Below, in pieces: positions 26,772 through 36,979 of a stretch of DNA of 64,000 nt (position 1 is its first letter; each line of letters starts with the position of its first letter). This DNA comes from a virus. The notes under the pieces were generated by a model. The model was given only the letters and a program-made list of their open reading frames with translations. It was not told the DNA's origin and searched no databases. Both the position numbers and the translations under genes were made by a program. The stretch is taken from the IMG/VR virus record IMGVR_UViG_3300025913_000025, positions 1 through 64,000 of that record; one strand, 5' to 3'.

Positions 26772-29222
26772 ATGCCGCCGACCGCCAAGCTCAACGCCTC
26801 GAGAATGAAACGGACGTTGGGCCAGCGTCAGAAGTACAGGGCGGCGCCTGGAGAGGAGAAGCGGCCGGGATACTGGGGCGGGACCGGGATCCAGGCCGGA
26901 ACACTGTTTTCAGACCGCGACCGGACGCGACGGTCCCCATCCCCGCCCGAGGTCGTCGAACTCTATCGCTCGCTCGTCTACACCTGCACGCGGATCAATT
27001 ACAACGCGTTCAGCGAGCAGCAGCTCCGGCTTTACCGGACGACCAAGCGCGGACAGTCGAAGGGTCATCTCAAGAGCTGGCAAGTCGATTCCGTGCCGCG
27101 CAAGCAAATCGAATACATGCGCAAGTCCGGTCACATCGCGAATGAAATGAAGGGGGTCCAGGAGATCGAGGAGATCGTTGACCTGGACTTCCCGCTCCTC
27201 CGGGCCGTGACGGACGTCAACAAGCAATGGGACCATACCGCTCTGATGCGGTACACGTCGGCCTGTCTGGACCTGTTCGGCCGTTCCCATTGGTGGATGG
27301 AGTCTTACACCGGGGCGCGGACTGACAACGTCTGGCCGCTCCTCACTCAGTTCGTTTACCCCTGGCGCGACGGCGAGAAGTATTCGCTGATCGACTACTT
27401 CTCCTACGGAGCGATGCGACTACCCTACGACGACGTCATGGAGGTCCGCGACGTCGCCATGCGCGACCCCTACGCCCTGGGAGTCGCGCCCGCCGAGGCC
27501 GCGTTCGCGCACAGCGACCTGTTCGATATGTTCATCTCGTATGAACGGAACGTCTTCGAGCAAGGTGCCGCGCCGAAGATGCTCGTGTTCAACAAGGATC
27601 CCGAGATGCCGATGGGGCGCGTCGAGCGCGAGCGACTCCAGCGAGACATCAACTATGGGCTGGTCCGTGGCCAGCAGGGAATTGCCTGGGTCGTGGATGG
27701 CAACCTCGACGTCAAGCCGATGAGCTTCCTTCCGGAAGGCATGGCGAAGCTGGGAATCGGTGCCGAATCCCTGGCGCGGGTGGCGAACGCGTTCCTTGTC
27801 CCCGTATCGTTCCTAGACATCACCACATCGAACCGATCGACGTCCGAGAGCGACCGAAAGCTTCACGCCGAAATCTGCATCAGTCCGCGCTGCGCCCTTG
27901 TCGGGTCGGCATTCACGAAATGGACCCGGAAGCGCGGCAAGATGATCGACGAATCGCTCAAGGCACGCGGCTCGAGCGTCACCAGCAATCACAACCGCCT
28001 GCTCTGGATGTTCGATAACCCGGTTCCCGAGGACCAGGAGCGGCATCAGAAGGTGATCGATATGCAGCTCGCGCGCGGCCAGCGCACGATCAACCAGATC
28101 AATGCCGAGGAAGGACTTCCGGCCGTCGAATGGGGCAACGAACCCTGGTTTAACATGAACCTCATTCAGCCGTCCGTGGCCGAGGAACAGCGCCAGTGGT
28201 CGCGTCAGCAGCAGGAAACGAAGCTCGCTATGACTGCCGCGCAGCCAGCCGCTCCCGGCAAGCCGGGAAAGAAGCCGGGCCGGAGTGGTGGCACGGACGC
28301 GGCGGACGGGACTCCCGGGGCGGCCACGCCGGCACTTCCGAAACCGGCTCCCGATGAATACGAGGATCCCGGGCAGGAGGTCGTCATCCCGAACGCCGGC
28401 ACGAGCAAGCCGAAGGCGGGAGATGGTCACTACGCGAAGCTCTCGGCGAAGCGCGCGGCGCGAAAGCCGCATTGGGCGGATGAATGGGACCTGGCCGAGT
28501 CCCTGCTTCGCGCGGCTCTGCTCGAGATGGGCCTGGGCGCGGAGGAATCCTACGAGGACGTCGTGATGACCCCGAAGGAGCGGATCGACGCTTTGCACGT
28601 TCTCCGGATCCAGTGTGCCGACGCAATGCGCAAGATGGCCGAGCGGACGAACGCCGAACTCGAGGAGCAAGAGGAGACCATCGGCAAAGCGCTCGGCTCG
28701 AAAGCCAAGGAGGTCGTGGACCGATTCTTCAAGAGCGCACGCCGGTTCGTTCGCGCAACTGCGGTCGCGTCTGCCCTGCTCGTCTTCGGTCCGGGAGAGG
28801 CTTCCGACGCCGAGGTCAAGGCGATCGAGAAAGCACAGACGGTCCAAGAGGCCTATCTCGACGGGTTCCGACGTCGTGTGTACGATGGCGACGGCACGCT
28901 TTCGGGTCAGTTTGTGTCGAACGCCGAGATGTATGGACGGGCGGTTTGGGGAACGGGCGCCAACATGCTCCGCGACGTGGCGATTGATAAAGATGTGTTC
29001 ACTGAAGAGATGCGAGAGCACGTTGGAGACGATGTTCCGTGTGATACGTGTGTTGAGCAAGTCGATCTCGGCTGGCAACCCATCGGCACTCTCTTGTCCA
29101 TCGGGGACTCAGAATGCTGCAACGGATGTCACTGCATGTATGTGTTCCGCGACGTTGACGGTACAGAATGGACCGCAGGCCGAGGACCGCTCGAGGAGAT
29201 TGCCTTCGGCGTGACGGGATGA
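26772..29222 (+). CDS. portal protein fused to MuF-like head morphogenesis domain
   Basis: HK97-type portal features (DPYALGVAP, ARVANAFLVP, TINQINAEEGLPAVEWG); C-terminal CDTC..GWQPIG....G.SEC..GCHC. Confidence 0.85.
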   Translation: MPPTAKLNASRMKRTLGQRQKYRAAPGEEKRPGYWGGTGIQAGTLFSDRDRTRRSPSPPEVVELYRSLVYTCTRINYNAFSEQQLRLYRTTKRGQSKGHLKSWQVDSVPRKQIEYMRKSGHIANEMKGVQEIEEIVDLDFPLLRAVTDVNKQWDHTALMRYTSACLDLFGRSHWWMESYTGARTDNVWPLLTQFVYPWRDGEKYSLIDYFSYGAMRLPYDDVMEVRDVAMRDPYALGVAPAEAAFAHSDLFDMFISYERNVFEQGAAPKMLVFNKDPEMPMGRVERERLQRDINYGLVRGQQGIAWVVDGNLDVKPMSFLPEGMAKLGIGAESLARVANAFLVPVSFLDITTSNRSTSESDRKLHAEICISPRCALVGSAFTKWTRKRGKMIDESLKARGSSVTSNHNRLLWMFDNPVPEDQERHQKVIDMQLARGQRTINQINAEEGLPAVEWGNEPWFNMNLIQPSVAEEQRQWSRQQQETKLAMTAAQPAAPGKPGKKPGRSGGTDAADGTPGAATPALPKPAPDEYEDPGQEVVIPNAGTSKPKAGDGHYAKLSAKRAARKPHWADEWDLAESLLRAALLEMGLGAEESYEDVVMTPKERIDALHVLRIQCADAMRKMAERTNAELEEQEETIGKALGSKAKEVVDRFFKSARRFVRATAVASALLVFGPGEASDAEVKAIEKAQTVQEAYLDGFRRRVYDGDGTLSGQFVSNAEMYGRAVWGTGANMLRDVAIDKDVFTEEMREHVGDDVPCDTCVEQVDLGWQPIGTLLSIGDSECCNGCHCMYVFRDVDGTEWTAGRGPLEEIAFGVTG

Positions 29223-29602
29223 TGGCGGATTTCTTCCTTCGGAGATCGAGAATGGCGAGCGTGCGGACGGACGCAGAACTGATCGAGGAACTCCGGGCGG
29301 CTCTCGTGAGCATCGGCCGAATGCACGAGTTCGGCCTGAGCCGCGAGTATGGTTCGCCGTCGCATCGTGGCTACCACGACGGAATGGCCCGTTGCGCTCG
29401 ATACTGCGTGAAGCGGATCGACGCCTGGCCGAACGATTACCAAGAGCCCATCCATCCGTTTAAGCTCCTCGCGTCCTGTGATGGAATCGAACCTGAGCAA
29501 CCCCTGATCAGTGGCCGTCACTTCATGATCGGGATCTCGATCGCGGGACTCATTACCTTCATTCTGGGGATCGTCACGGGGATCTTCGGATGTGCGCGAT
29601 GA
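29219..29602 (+). CDS. hypothetical protein with C-terminal TM
   Basis: IGISIAGLITFILGIVTGIFG. Confidence 0.55.
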   Translation: MMADFFLRRSRMASVRTDAELIEELRAALVSIGRMHEFGLSREYGSPSHRGYHDGMARCARYCVKRIDAWPNDYQEPIHPFKLLASCDGIEPEQPLISGRHFMIGISIAGLITFILGIVTGIFGCAR

Positions 29603-29856
29603 ATGCCTCGGATTCGCCTGGCGAAGAGGGCCGGTACTTCGAGAATCAGCTCACCTGGCGTTTCTTGTATCGTGCCGGTGAAAAGGTGCTGAACCCAGTC
29701 TTCCTACCGGTTGTGCTTCGGGCCTATTCGATCACTGGTGACCAAGAAGCCGACGAGCAAGTTGCCGCCGAGTGCCGTGAGGCGAATCAAGTCGAGTTAG
29801 AACGAGTGCGTCTTGAGTTTGATCGAATAAACAAAGCGAGCGAAGAGAATGCCTAA
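29590..29856 (+). CDS. hypothetical protein
   Basis: ORF. Confidence 0.5.
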   Translation: MCAMNASDSPGEEGRYFENQLTWRFLYRAGEKVLNPVFLPVVLRAYSITGDQEADEQVAAECREANQVELERVRLEFDRINKASEENA

Positions 29857-30088
29857 CTGGGAATACAAACGCATCATCATCACTCCAGCGTCCGCAGAGG
29901 CCACGTTCAACGAACTGGGCGCGGTCGGCTGGGAACTGGTCGCGGTCGAGGGCGAATCGGTGCGCACGGTGCCGATTGCGACGTTCAAGCGGGAGACCGG
30001 TGTTCCGGTCGAACCGGTGCCGACTGAGGTTGAGCAGGCGATAGAGATGCTCGTCAGCGACGACGTTCCCAAGAAAGATGAGCCGTGA
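29849..30088 (+). CDS. DUF4177 domain protein
   Basis: WEYK...NELGAVGWELVAV....FKR. Confidence 0.75.
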   Translation: MPNWEYKRIIITPASAEATFNELGAVGWELVAVEGESVRTVPIATFKRETGVPVEPVPTEVEQAIEMLVSDDVPKKDEP

Positions 30089-30585
30089 GCGGCGCTCTGA
30101 ATTTCAGCGGATTCATGATCTGGAACGGCCCGGCGCTTGTGAAGGCGAAGCGGGATGAACTGGAAATGCGCATGAGGCGAGCGGGGGAACGCGCGGTTGC
30201 GATGGCGAAGAGGCTTGCGCCCGTGGACACTGGTCGGCTAAAACGCGGAATAGTGTACCACTATAACCAGGCAAGAAATGAACTATTGATCGTATCAGAC
30301 AGTCCATATGGGATATTTCAAGAGTATGGGACGGTTCATTTCAAAGCCCATCCTCACATCAGGCCAGCGCTTGTTTGCCTGGATCGCGAGTTCCCAGGCC
30401 TGAACATCGGCGCGGCGTTTTACCACGCTACGGAACTGAAATCGAGCGTCGCAACCCCCAGGACTGCGGCGCACCATTATCACCAGGCCTACAACCGCGC
30501 CTATAGCGCACGGTTCAATCGAGGCGGCGCAGGAAGAGCGCGGAGCTATATCCGTTCTCAACGTGGAGACTATGAAGGCGCATGA
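30085..30585 (+). CDS. HK97 gp10-family morphogenesis protein
   Basis: AKRLAPVDTGRLKRGI, YGIFQEYGT, AHPHIRPAL. Confidence 0.85.
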   Translation: MSGALNFSGFMIWNGPALVKAKRDELEMRMRRAGERAVAMAKRLAPVDTGRLKRGIVYHYNQARNELLIVSDSPYGIFQEYGTVHFKAHPHIRPALVCLDREFPGLNIGAAFYHATELKSSVATPRTAAHHYHQAYNRAYSARFNRGGAGRARSYIRSQRGDYEGA

Positions 30586-30947
30586 GTTCCATACGCGACA
30601 AGACCTGCGGCGAGTGCGACCATTCACGGCCACTCAGCACAGAGGAAGTCATTTGCGGCAACGTTCCGCCGCGCGCCGAGATTTACGGCACGATCACCGA
30701 GAAGAATGGCGCGATCCGACCGCTTCTCACAACGATCCGCCCGATCATGGCGATCGACGAACCCTGCTGCGCGGATTTCATCCCGATCACGAACGAGACG
30801 ATTCCAGCGCCGGCCCCGATCCGGAAGCGCGCCAACATCTGCATCGAACCCGGCTGCGTCTGCAAGAAGGAGGAAGGCAGCGACTACTGCGCGGATCACG
30901 AACCGGAAGACGCCGAGATTCCCGAGGATCCGTGCCCTGAGGCCTGA
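30582..30947 (+). CDS. Cys-rich hypothetical protein
   Basis: CGECDH, CCADF, CIEPGC..YCADH. Confidence 0.6.
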   Translation: MSSIRDKTCGECDHSRPLSTEEVICGNVPPRAEIYGTITEKNGAIRPLLTTIRPIMAIDEPCCADFIPITNETIPAPAPIRKRANICIEPGCVCKKEEGSDYCADHEPEDAEIPEDPCPEA

Positions 30948-30987
30948 GTGAATATCAACGAGCGAGGTTTACATTCGGAGCGACATC

Positions 30988-31596
30988 ATGAACGAGAATC
31001 GACGCCAGTTCCTCACCACCGTTGTTTCAGCCAGCGCGCTCGGAGTCCTTGGTATCGCGCCGAGCTTCGGCGCGATTTCATCGAGCACGAGCGACGACGC
31101 GGCCGAGAAGTATCTCGAGGGCGAGCTCCGCAAGTTCGATGAACTGCGAGTCGCGCCGTCGCAAAGTCGAACGTTCAAGTACATCCGTGAGAACGATTTC
31201 CACGGAAACTACGGGACCAGTTACGGAGGTCGCATCGTCGCGCTCGAAAAAGGGCGCTACTACGAGGTCGTGCGACCGACACTGGTGAGAACCGAGGAAT
31301 GCCAGAGAGGCGCGAACATGGTGCTTCGCGGGTTCCTCGACGGCAAGCCGTGGATGCGGTGGCTGGACGATCTCGACAAGTGCATCATCGAGAAGTTCCG
31401 TCCGGTTTTGGGAACGCCGAGGCCAGCGACGTTGTGCATGCTGCATCTGGCGGGCATCACTGGCATCGCCGTCACGTACAACAATTTCACCTGTGCGGAC
31501 AAGAACACGTTCACGATGACTCCGTTGCGGATTCCCGATCATTGCACGATCGTTTCTCGCGGATTCGCGACCGAATTCGTGAATCCGGTCAAATAG
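30988..31596 (+). CDS. twin-arginine (Tat) signal protein
   Basis: MNENRRQFLTTVVSASALGVLG. Confidence 0.65.
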   Translation: MNENRRQFLTTVVSASALGVLGIAPSFGAISSSTSDDAAEKYLEGELRKFDELRVAPSQSRTFKYIRENDFHGNYGTSYGGRIVALEKGRYYEVVRPTLVRTEECQRGANMVLRGFLDGKPWMRWLDDLDKCIIEKFRPVLGTPRPATLCMLHLAGITGIAVTYNNFTCADKNTFTMTPLRIPDHCTIVSRGFATEFVNPVK

Positions 31597-31629
31597 ACAA
31601 ATGCTCCCCTTCCTTCCGAAAGGCCCCGA

Positions 31630-32346
31630 ATGACCGCAGAACAGATCGTAGACCTGCTCAACGAAATCCACGCCCTTGACCCAAAAGTTCTGAAGCCGCT
31701 CATCGAGACGCGGGTTCCCTGCAACCAGGCGATCGTGGACCATCCGACCATCACCGTGGACGGCGAATCACCAACCGGGCCGTGTACCGTCGGCCTGCTC
31801 GGAATCCTTGAAGGGATCGCGGGCATTGACGGCAAATTGATCGCCATGCGGAGCGACCAGAAGACGGGCGACGTGGTGGGGTTCCTGGTTGTGCCCTTTG
31901 AGACCGCGAAGCGGAAACCGGTGACGCATGTCCCCGAGCGGTATATCCCGGAGTCATCACTCAGAGCGGTCAGTGCGACCCGAACGGCGGAACTCGATGC
32001 CGAGATCAAGATGATCAAGGACGCGGCACAGGCATGGACGCCACCGGCATCGATGGAAGCGAAGCGGATCGAGTGTGCTTGTTCAGAACACGTGAGGTTT
32101 CTTACGAACCAGATCGTGTTGCGTATTCTCGTGCATCGGACACCGCTCGACCGGTCCAATTACGTCGTACCGCTGGCCGCGATCGTGAACATCCCGCGCA
32201 CATGGATGGGACAGCCACCGGGTAAATTCGCCGAAGCCTTGCACAGTATCCTGAATAGCGAGGGGACTTTCTCGCCGCTGGCCGAAGCCGCGATCTTGAT
32301 GAATCCGGTCACGATGATCGATCCGGTGGAAGGAGGATCGCTTTGA
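31630..32346 (+). CDS. conserved phage hypothetical protein
   Basis: RVPCNQAIVDHPTI...VGLLGILEGIAG. Confidence 0.65.
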   Translation: MTAEQIVDLLNEIHALDPKVLKPLIETRVPCNQAIVDHPTITVDGESPTGPCTVGLLGILEGIAGIDGKLIAMRSDQKTGDVVGFLVVPFETAKRKPVTHVPERYIPESSLRAVSATRTAELDAEIKMIKDAAQAWTPPASMEAKRIECACSEHVRFLTNQIVLRILVHRTPLDRSNYVVPLAAIVNIPRTWMGQPPGKFAEALHSILNSEGTFSPLAEAAILMNPVTMIDPVEGGSL

Positions 32347-33071
32347 CCGACCACAGCAAATACGACGTTGACTCCTGGACGAAGAAGCCGCCCGAACCGC
32401 CGCCTCTCGAACTGCCGGCCGTATACACGACGATCGCATCTGCCGATTGCGACCCATTCCCGCGCCCGTTCACCGGCGACCCCTACGAAGCGGCGGCTCC
32501 GCTCATCGCGCGATTGCGGGAGGTCCTCGGATGCTGGAAGGGCGACAACTTCGGAAGCAAGTCCAACCGTCTTCGCGCTGAACTATTCGCGCTCGCGGCG
32601 AAGGTCCCCGACTGGCACAACGTCGTCTTCGCCGAGATCGTCGCGTCCGCCATGAGGCAGTTCGGCAATCGGCCGATCCATGCCGCGTTCCGAATTGAAT
32701 CGGAAGATGACCGCAGTTTTGCGAACACGCACGGCGTTGCGTTCCATCGCCGCGGGACTTCGAACTACGGAGCGATCGACAAAATCGCCAAGTCGTTGGT
32801 TGGACCGTTGATGGAGGAAATCGAACAGGTGACGAGGACGCACGGCGGTTCTCTTCCGACGCTTGTCGCCGCGAGGTTTCCCGACTACACACCTGTCAAC
32901 GACGTGCTGATCGCGGATGTCATGTTCGACAACAAGCTCCCTGTTCGGTTCTACAGCAATCTGACCATGGGTTTATTGTGGAACGAATTCCGCGTGGCCG
33001 TCACGGTGCGGATCGACGGCATGAGGCACAGCGAAGCCTACGAGGTCGATTGGAAGCGGCTGGAGCTTTGA
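32343..33071 (+). CDS. hypothetical protein
   Basis: AAGGAGG RBS, TTGA overlap. Confidence 0.6.
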   Translation: MTDHSKYDVDSWTKKPPEPPPLELPAVYTTIASADCDPFPRPFTGDPYEAAAPLIARLREVLGCWKGDNFGSKSNRLRAELFALAAKVPDWHNVVFAEIVASAMRQFGNRPIHAAFRIESEDDRSFANTHGVAFHRRGTSNYGAIDKIAKSLVGPLMEEIEQVTRTHGGSLPTLVAARFPDYTPVNDVLIADVMFDNKLPVRFYSNLTMGLLWNEFRVAVTVRIDGMRHSEAYEVDWKRLEL

Positions 33072-33191
33072 GGCGGATCGGCGCACCCTCTTGCGTTAAG
33101 GCATCTTGCGATTTATCTTTGGCGGGTACATACTTAGACCTAGAAGGGATAACGCAAGGTCGAGCGGTTCCCGACACGAGGCAGGGCCCAG

Positions 33192-35255
33192 ATGCCACAA
33201 GTTGCGGAAGTGAAAGCGAACCGCTTCAAGGAATTCTCGGCCAAGGTGCGCGTCGTCGATGCCTCGGAAGAGGCGAACGTCGATGTCGTCGCCGTCGTCA
33301 CGTGTGACTCGGTGGATGCCGATGAAGAGGTCGTTCTCCCGGGCGGAGCCGACCTGAGCCGGTACATCAAGGCACCGCGGATCCAGCTCTGTCACGCCTA
33401 CGGAAAGCCAGGCGAATACTACCCGCTCCCGGTCGGCAAGGCGCTTTGGACCAAGCGCGAAGGCCGAACCCTGATGCAAGGGATCCGGTTCGCCAAGACG
33501 GAGATGGGCCAGGAAGTCGCGGAACTGTTCCGTGACGGCATGATGAACACGTTCTCGATCGGGTTCATCTCGCTCGAGGCTTCTCCGCCGACGAAGGCCG
33601 AGATCGTGGCAAGGCCGGAGTGGAAGGACGCGAAGCTCATCCATCGCAAGTGGCAGCTCCTCGAAGTCTCCGCCGTGCCGATCCCGAGTAACGAAAACGC
33701 GATCGGTGAATGGGTCCGCAAGGGCCACCGGATCCCGAAGTTCCTCATTGTCAAAGGAGGTCGATCCGTGGCCAAGAAAAGTGGCGACCCTGTTCCCGAG
33801 CCGCATGACACAGCGACCGACAAGCCCACCGATCACGACCCCGGGCGAGAGCCACACGATTTTACCCCCGGCGATCACGTCGAGGTCGACAAAGCCATGG
33901 GCGGCGGATGCGGGAGCGTGAAGTCGGTCCACGGCGAGGGGGAGGACCTGCCCGACGATGCCGAGGACATGACGGACGGCCACCGGCCCGCGGCAAAGGT
34001 CGAGATGCACGACGCCGAGCATAAGTGTACCGGCGTGATGAAGTGCTTCGGTCGAAAAAGCATGGCCATGGTCGCGACCGAGCACAAGGCCGTGACGGAT
34101 GCCACGCTCAAGATCGGCGACAAGATCATCGTTCACTCGATGGCCGGAGGTGGATTCGGAATCATCAAGTCGATCCACAAGGGAACCGTTACTAACGTCG
34201 ATGAAGACTTTACCGACGGTAGCGAGGACCCTGCGGCGAAGGTCGCGATCATCGATGCCGATGGTCGCGATACCGGGAAGACGATCGGCGCTCTGGCGAA
34301 GCATCTTGCCCTGATCAACGACAAGTCTTACTACGGTTCCCCGTGGATGGGCGAGGAAGCGGAGAAGGGCAACGCCTACCGGATCATGGCGCAAGGCCTG
34401 ATCGACCGGCACAAGAAGATCATGCGGACGCAGAAGGCCGGGCATCTGTACGCTCGGCAGGACAAGATGGAAGCCCATTACGTCCGGCACAAGTCGGACG
34501 ATGATGACACCAAGGGCTACCACACTGCCGAACAGTGCAAGGCCATGCTCGGCGAAGCTCCGGGCTGCAAGGCCGTCACGGTGGACGTCGATCATCCGCC
34601 CGATGAAGACGCCTGGGAAATGCTCCATCCCGCGCCCCCGTCCCACGATATGTGGTTCGCTCGCTCGATCAAGGCGATGAATGAGGCGAGCGGGACTGAG
34701 GGGGGATACACGCTCGCGCCGGAGACCCGGGTCGACCACTCCGGTGAGGACGACTTCCTTGAGGAAGAGACCCCGACCTACATGCCCAAGCCGCGCGAGG
34801 TCGTTCAGTGGGAGGACCACGAAGGGATGCACGCGGGTGCCGGCCGGGTCAAGTCGATCCACATGAGCGGCAAGGCCGTTCCGGATGTGATGAACGAGTG
34901 TATCGGGACCAAGGAAGTCCCGCATGCAAGAATCAACCTCTTCAAGAAGGGGGAGGACGGCGACTACACCGAGACCGAGCATCATGTCGGTGTGAAATGC
35001 AAAATGTGCAAACGGATGCCGATCCTGAGCGTCAGTGCCAAGACGGTACAGGCACCCGTGGTTGAGCGCAAGGAAGCGCCGGCGCGGACCGAGCCGGCTC
35101 CCGAGGGGCCGACGCTCAAGCGCATCCCCAAGGTTCAGACCGAGGAGCAGTTCCAGGCGGAGATGTACCAGACGTTGAAGTCGCGAGAATCCGCCCCCGA
35201 GTTCAAGCAGAAGGCGATTGACGAAGCGGTCAGACAATACATCGGCGGGGTGTAA
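33192..35255 (+). CDS. HK97-family prohead protease with long repeat-bearing C-terminus
   Basis: D...EVVLPGG, LCHAY, FSIGF, LLEVSAVPIPSNENA; three SH3/Tudor-like G.[VI]KS[VI]H repeats. Confidence 0.88.
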   Translation: MPQVAEVKANRFKEFSAKVRVVDASEEANVDVVAVVTCDSVDADEEVVLPGGADLSRYIKAPRIQLCHAYGKPGEYYPLPVGKALWTKREGRTLMQGIRFAKTEMGQEVAELFRDGMMNTFSIGFISLEASPPTKAEIVARPEWKDAKLIHRKWQLLEVSAVPIPSNENAIGEWVRKGHRIPKFLIVKGGRSVAKKSGDPVPEPHDTATDKPTDHDPGREPHDFTPGDHVEVDKAMGGGCGSVKSVHGEGEDLPDDAEDMTDGHRPAAKVEMHDAEHKCTGVMKCFGRKSMAMVATEHKAVTDATLKIGDKIIVHSMAGGGFGIIKSIHKGTVTNVDEDFTDGSEDPAAKVAIIDADGRDTGKTIGALAKHLALINDKSYYGSPWMGEEAEKGNAYRIMAQGLIDRHKKIMRTQKAGHLYARQDKMEAHYVRHKSDDDDTKGYHTAEQCKAMLGEAPGCKAVTVDVDHPPDEDAWEMLHPAPPSHDMWFARSIKAMNEASGTEGGYTLAPETRVDHSGEDDFLEEETPTYMPKPREVVQWEDHEGMHAGAGRVKSIHMSGKAVPDVMNECIGTKEVPHARINLFKKGEDGDYTETEHHVGVKCKMCKRMPILSVSAKTVQAPVVERKEAPARTEPAPEGPTLKRIPKVQTEEQFQAEMYQTLKSRESAPEFKQKAIDEAVRQYIGGV

Positions 35256-35398
35256 CCGCCGTTCACCGATAGCAGACCTACCGAGATTTGAGATATCAGG
35301 GCGTCACCCCCGGGGAAACCTTCGAGGTTTTAGGGCGGATCGACCCCGGGGATATGCCGCCTCTTGGTTGTCACCCCATCTTTCACAAGGGGCCAACC

Positions 35399-36862
35399 TT
35401 GAAACGCAAGTACAAGTGCCTGAAGGGCTTCAAAGCGCCCAACGGGACCGTGATCTTCGAGAAGGGGACCGACACCGAGCCGCGGTTCTACGTCCTTGAG
35501 GAAGAGGACGCTCAGGAATCGATCGCCGGTGGTTATCTCGAGGCCGTCGCCGTGAGCGAGATGGAGCTCATGATGACGCGCGCCATCGAGGCCTACGAGG
35601 AGAAGCGCGCGCCCTTGACGGCCGCCAACACCGCGTCGATCGTCTCGGCGGTGTTCGAGAAGCTCTATGACAACAAGGGCCCGCTCAACGTCCGCGTGAT
35701 CACGGATGAGGCCGACAAGACGAAGGGACTCGGTGAGTTCCTCCAGTGCGTCGGAATCTACGGCGACCCGCAGGCGCCGGCGAGCCAGAAGACCTGGGCG
35801 GGCAAGACGCTCGAGGAAGTGTACAGCAAGCGGGCGGATCCCAGCTTCGCGGACCGCTACCAGAAGTCGCAGGAAGCGATGGGCATCAACCGGAAGACGG
35901 CGTTGGCCGAGTCTTCGGGCATCACGGGCGGTTACACCGTGCCGACCGAATACTCCATGGCGCTGCTCGAGATCCGGCCGGAAGACAACCTCATGGTTGG
36001 CTTCACGGACGACTACCCGATGACGGGCCGCGAGCTGAAGATGCCGGTCCTCGACCAGACGACCCCGAGCGGCGTCGTCGGCCAGACGTCTTACTTCGGC
36101 GGCGTGGTTGCCACCTGGACGGCGGAAGCCGCCACCAGGCAGGAAACCGAGCCCAAGTTCCGCGAGGCGACTCTCGTTGCGAACGAGCTCTCCGGTTACG
36201 CGCTCGCGTCCCGGAACGTGCTCTACGACAACAAGGTCGCGCTCGAGATGCGGCTCACCAAGCTCTTTGGTGGTGCCGTGTCCTGGTTCCGCGATTACGC
36301 GTACCTGAACGGCGATGGCGTCGGCAAGCCTCGCGGCATCCTTGGTGCGCCGGCAACCCTGCACGTCGACCGCGCGGTCGCGAATCAGGTGAACTACGCC
36401 GACGTGACGGCGATGTATGGCCTGCTCATGCCGCAGTCCATCCCCACCGCGTTCTGGGCGATGCAGCAGAGCGTGTTGGCCAACTTCCTCCAGATGGCCG
36501 ACAGCCAGGGCCGGTATGTCGTTCAGCCCTACTACCCGACCTACCAGGCCGGCGTGGCAGGCGGTCCGGCAACCGTCCGGCCGATCATGACGATGCTCGG
36601 CCTGCCCATCAAGACGTCGGAAAAGCTCAACACCTTGGGCTCGACCGGCGACCTGATGCTGATCGACCCGAAGCAGTATTTCACTTCCTCGCGCCAGGAG
36701 CTCGAGATCGCTGCGTCCGAGCACTACCGCTTCATCAACAACCAGATCACCTACCGGTTCATCTGGAGAGGCGATGGCGAAGCGTGGATGAACTCCTACT
36801 TCACGCTCCAGGATCAGACGACCAAGATTTCTCCCTTCGTATGTTTGGATGTGCATTCGTGA
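35399..36862 (+). CDS. major capsid protein, HK97 fold
   Basis: GGYTVPTEY, WTAEAA..ETEP.F, LNGDGVGKPRGIL, LGLPI, GDLMLID; TTG start after AAGGGG. Confidence 0.93.
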   Translation: MKRKYKCLKGFKAPNGTVIFEKGTDTEPRFYVLEEEDAQESIAGGYLEAVAVSEMELMMTRAIEAYEEKRAPLTAANTASIVSAVFEKLYDNKGPLNVRVITDEADKTKGLGEFLQCVGIYGDPQAPASQKTWAGKTLEEVYSKRADPSFADRYQKSQEAMGINRKTALAESSGITGGYTVPTEYSMALLEIRPEDNLMVGFTDDYPMTGRELKMPVLDQTTPSGVVGQTSYFGGVVATWTAEAATRQETEPKFREATLVANELSGYALASRNVLYDNKVALEMRLTKLFGGAVSWFRDYAYLNGDGVGKPRGILGAPATLHVDRAVANQVNYADVTAMYGLLMPQSIPTAFWAMQQSVLANFLQMADSQGRYVVQPYYPTYQAGVAGGPATVRPIMTMLGLPIKTSEKLNTLGSTGDLMLIDPKQYFTSSRQELEIAASEHYRFINNQITYRFIWRGDGEAWMNSYFTLQDQTTKISPFVCLDVHS

Positions 36863-36979
36863 TAAATGAGCGAAAGCTCAGTTGACACGTATGAGGCATC
36901 CTGAAATGATAGGCGCCCGAACGAACTTCGCCGGTTCGTTCGGGCACCATTTACACGCCAACCTGAATCGGAGGTCGGA

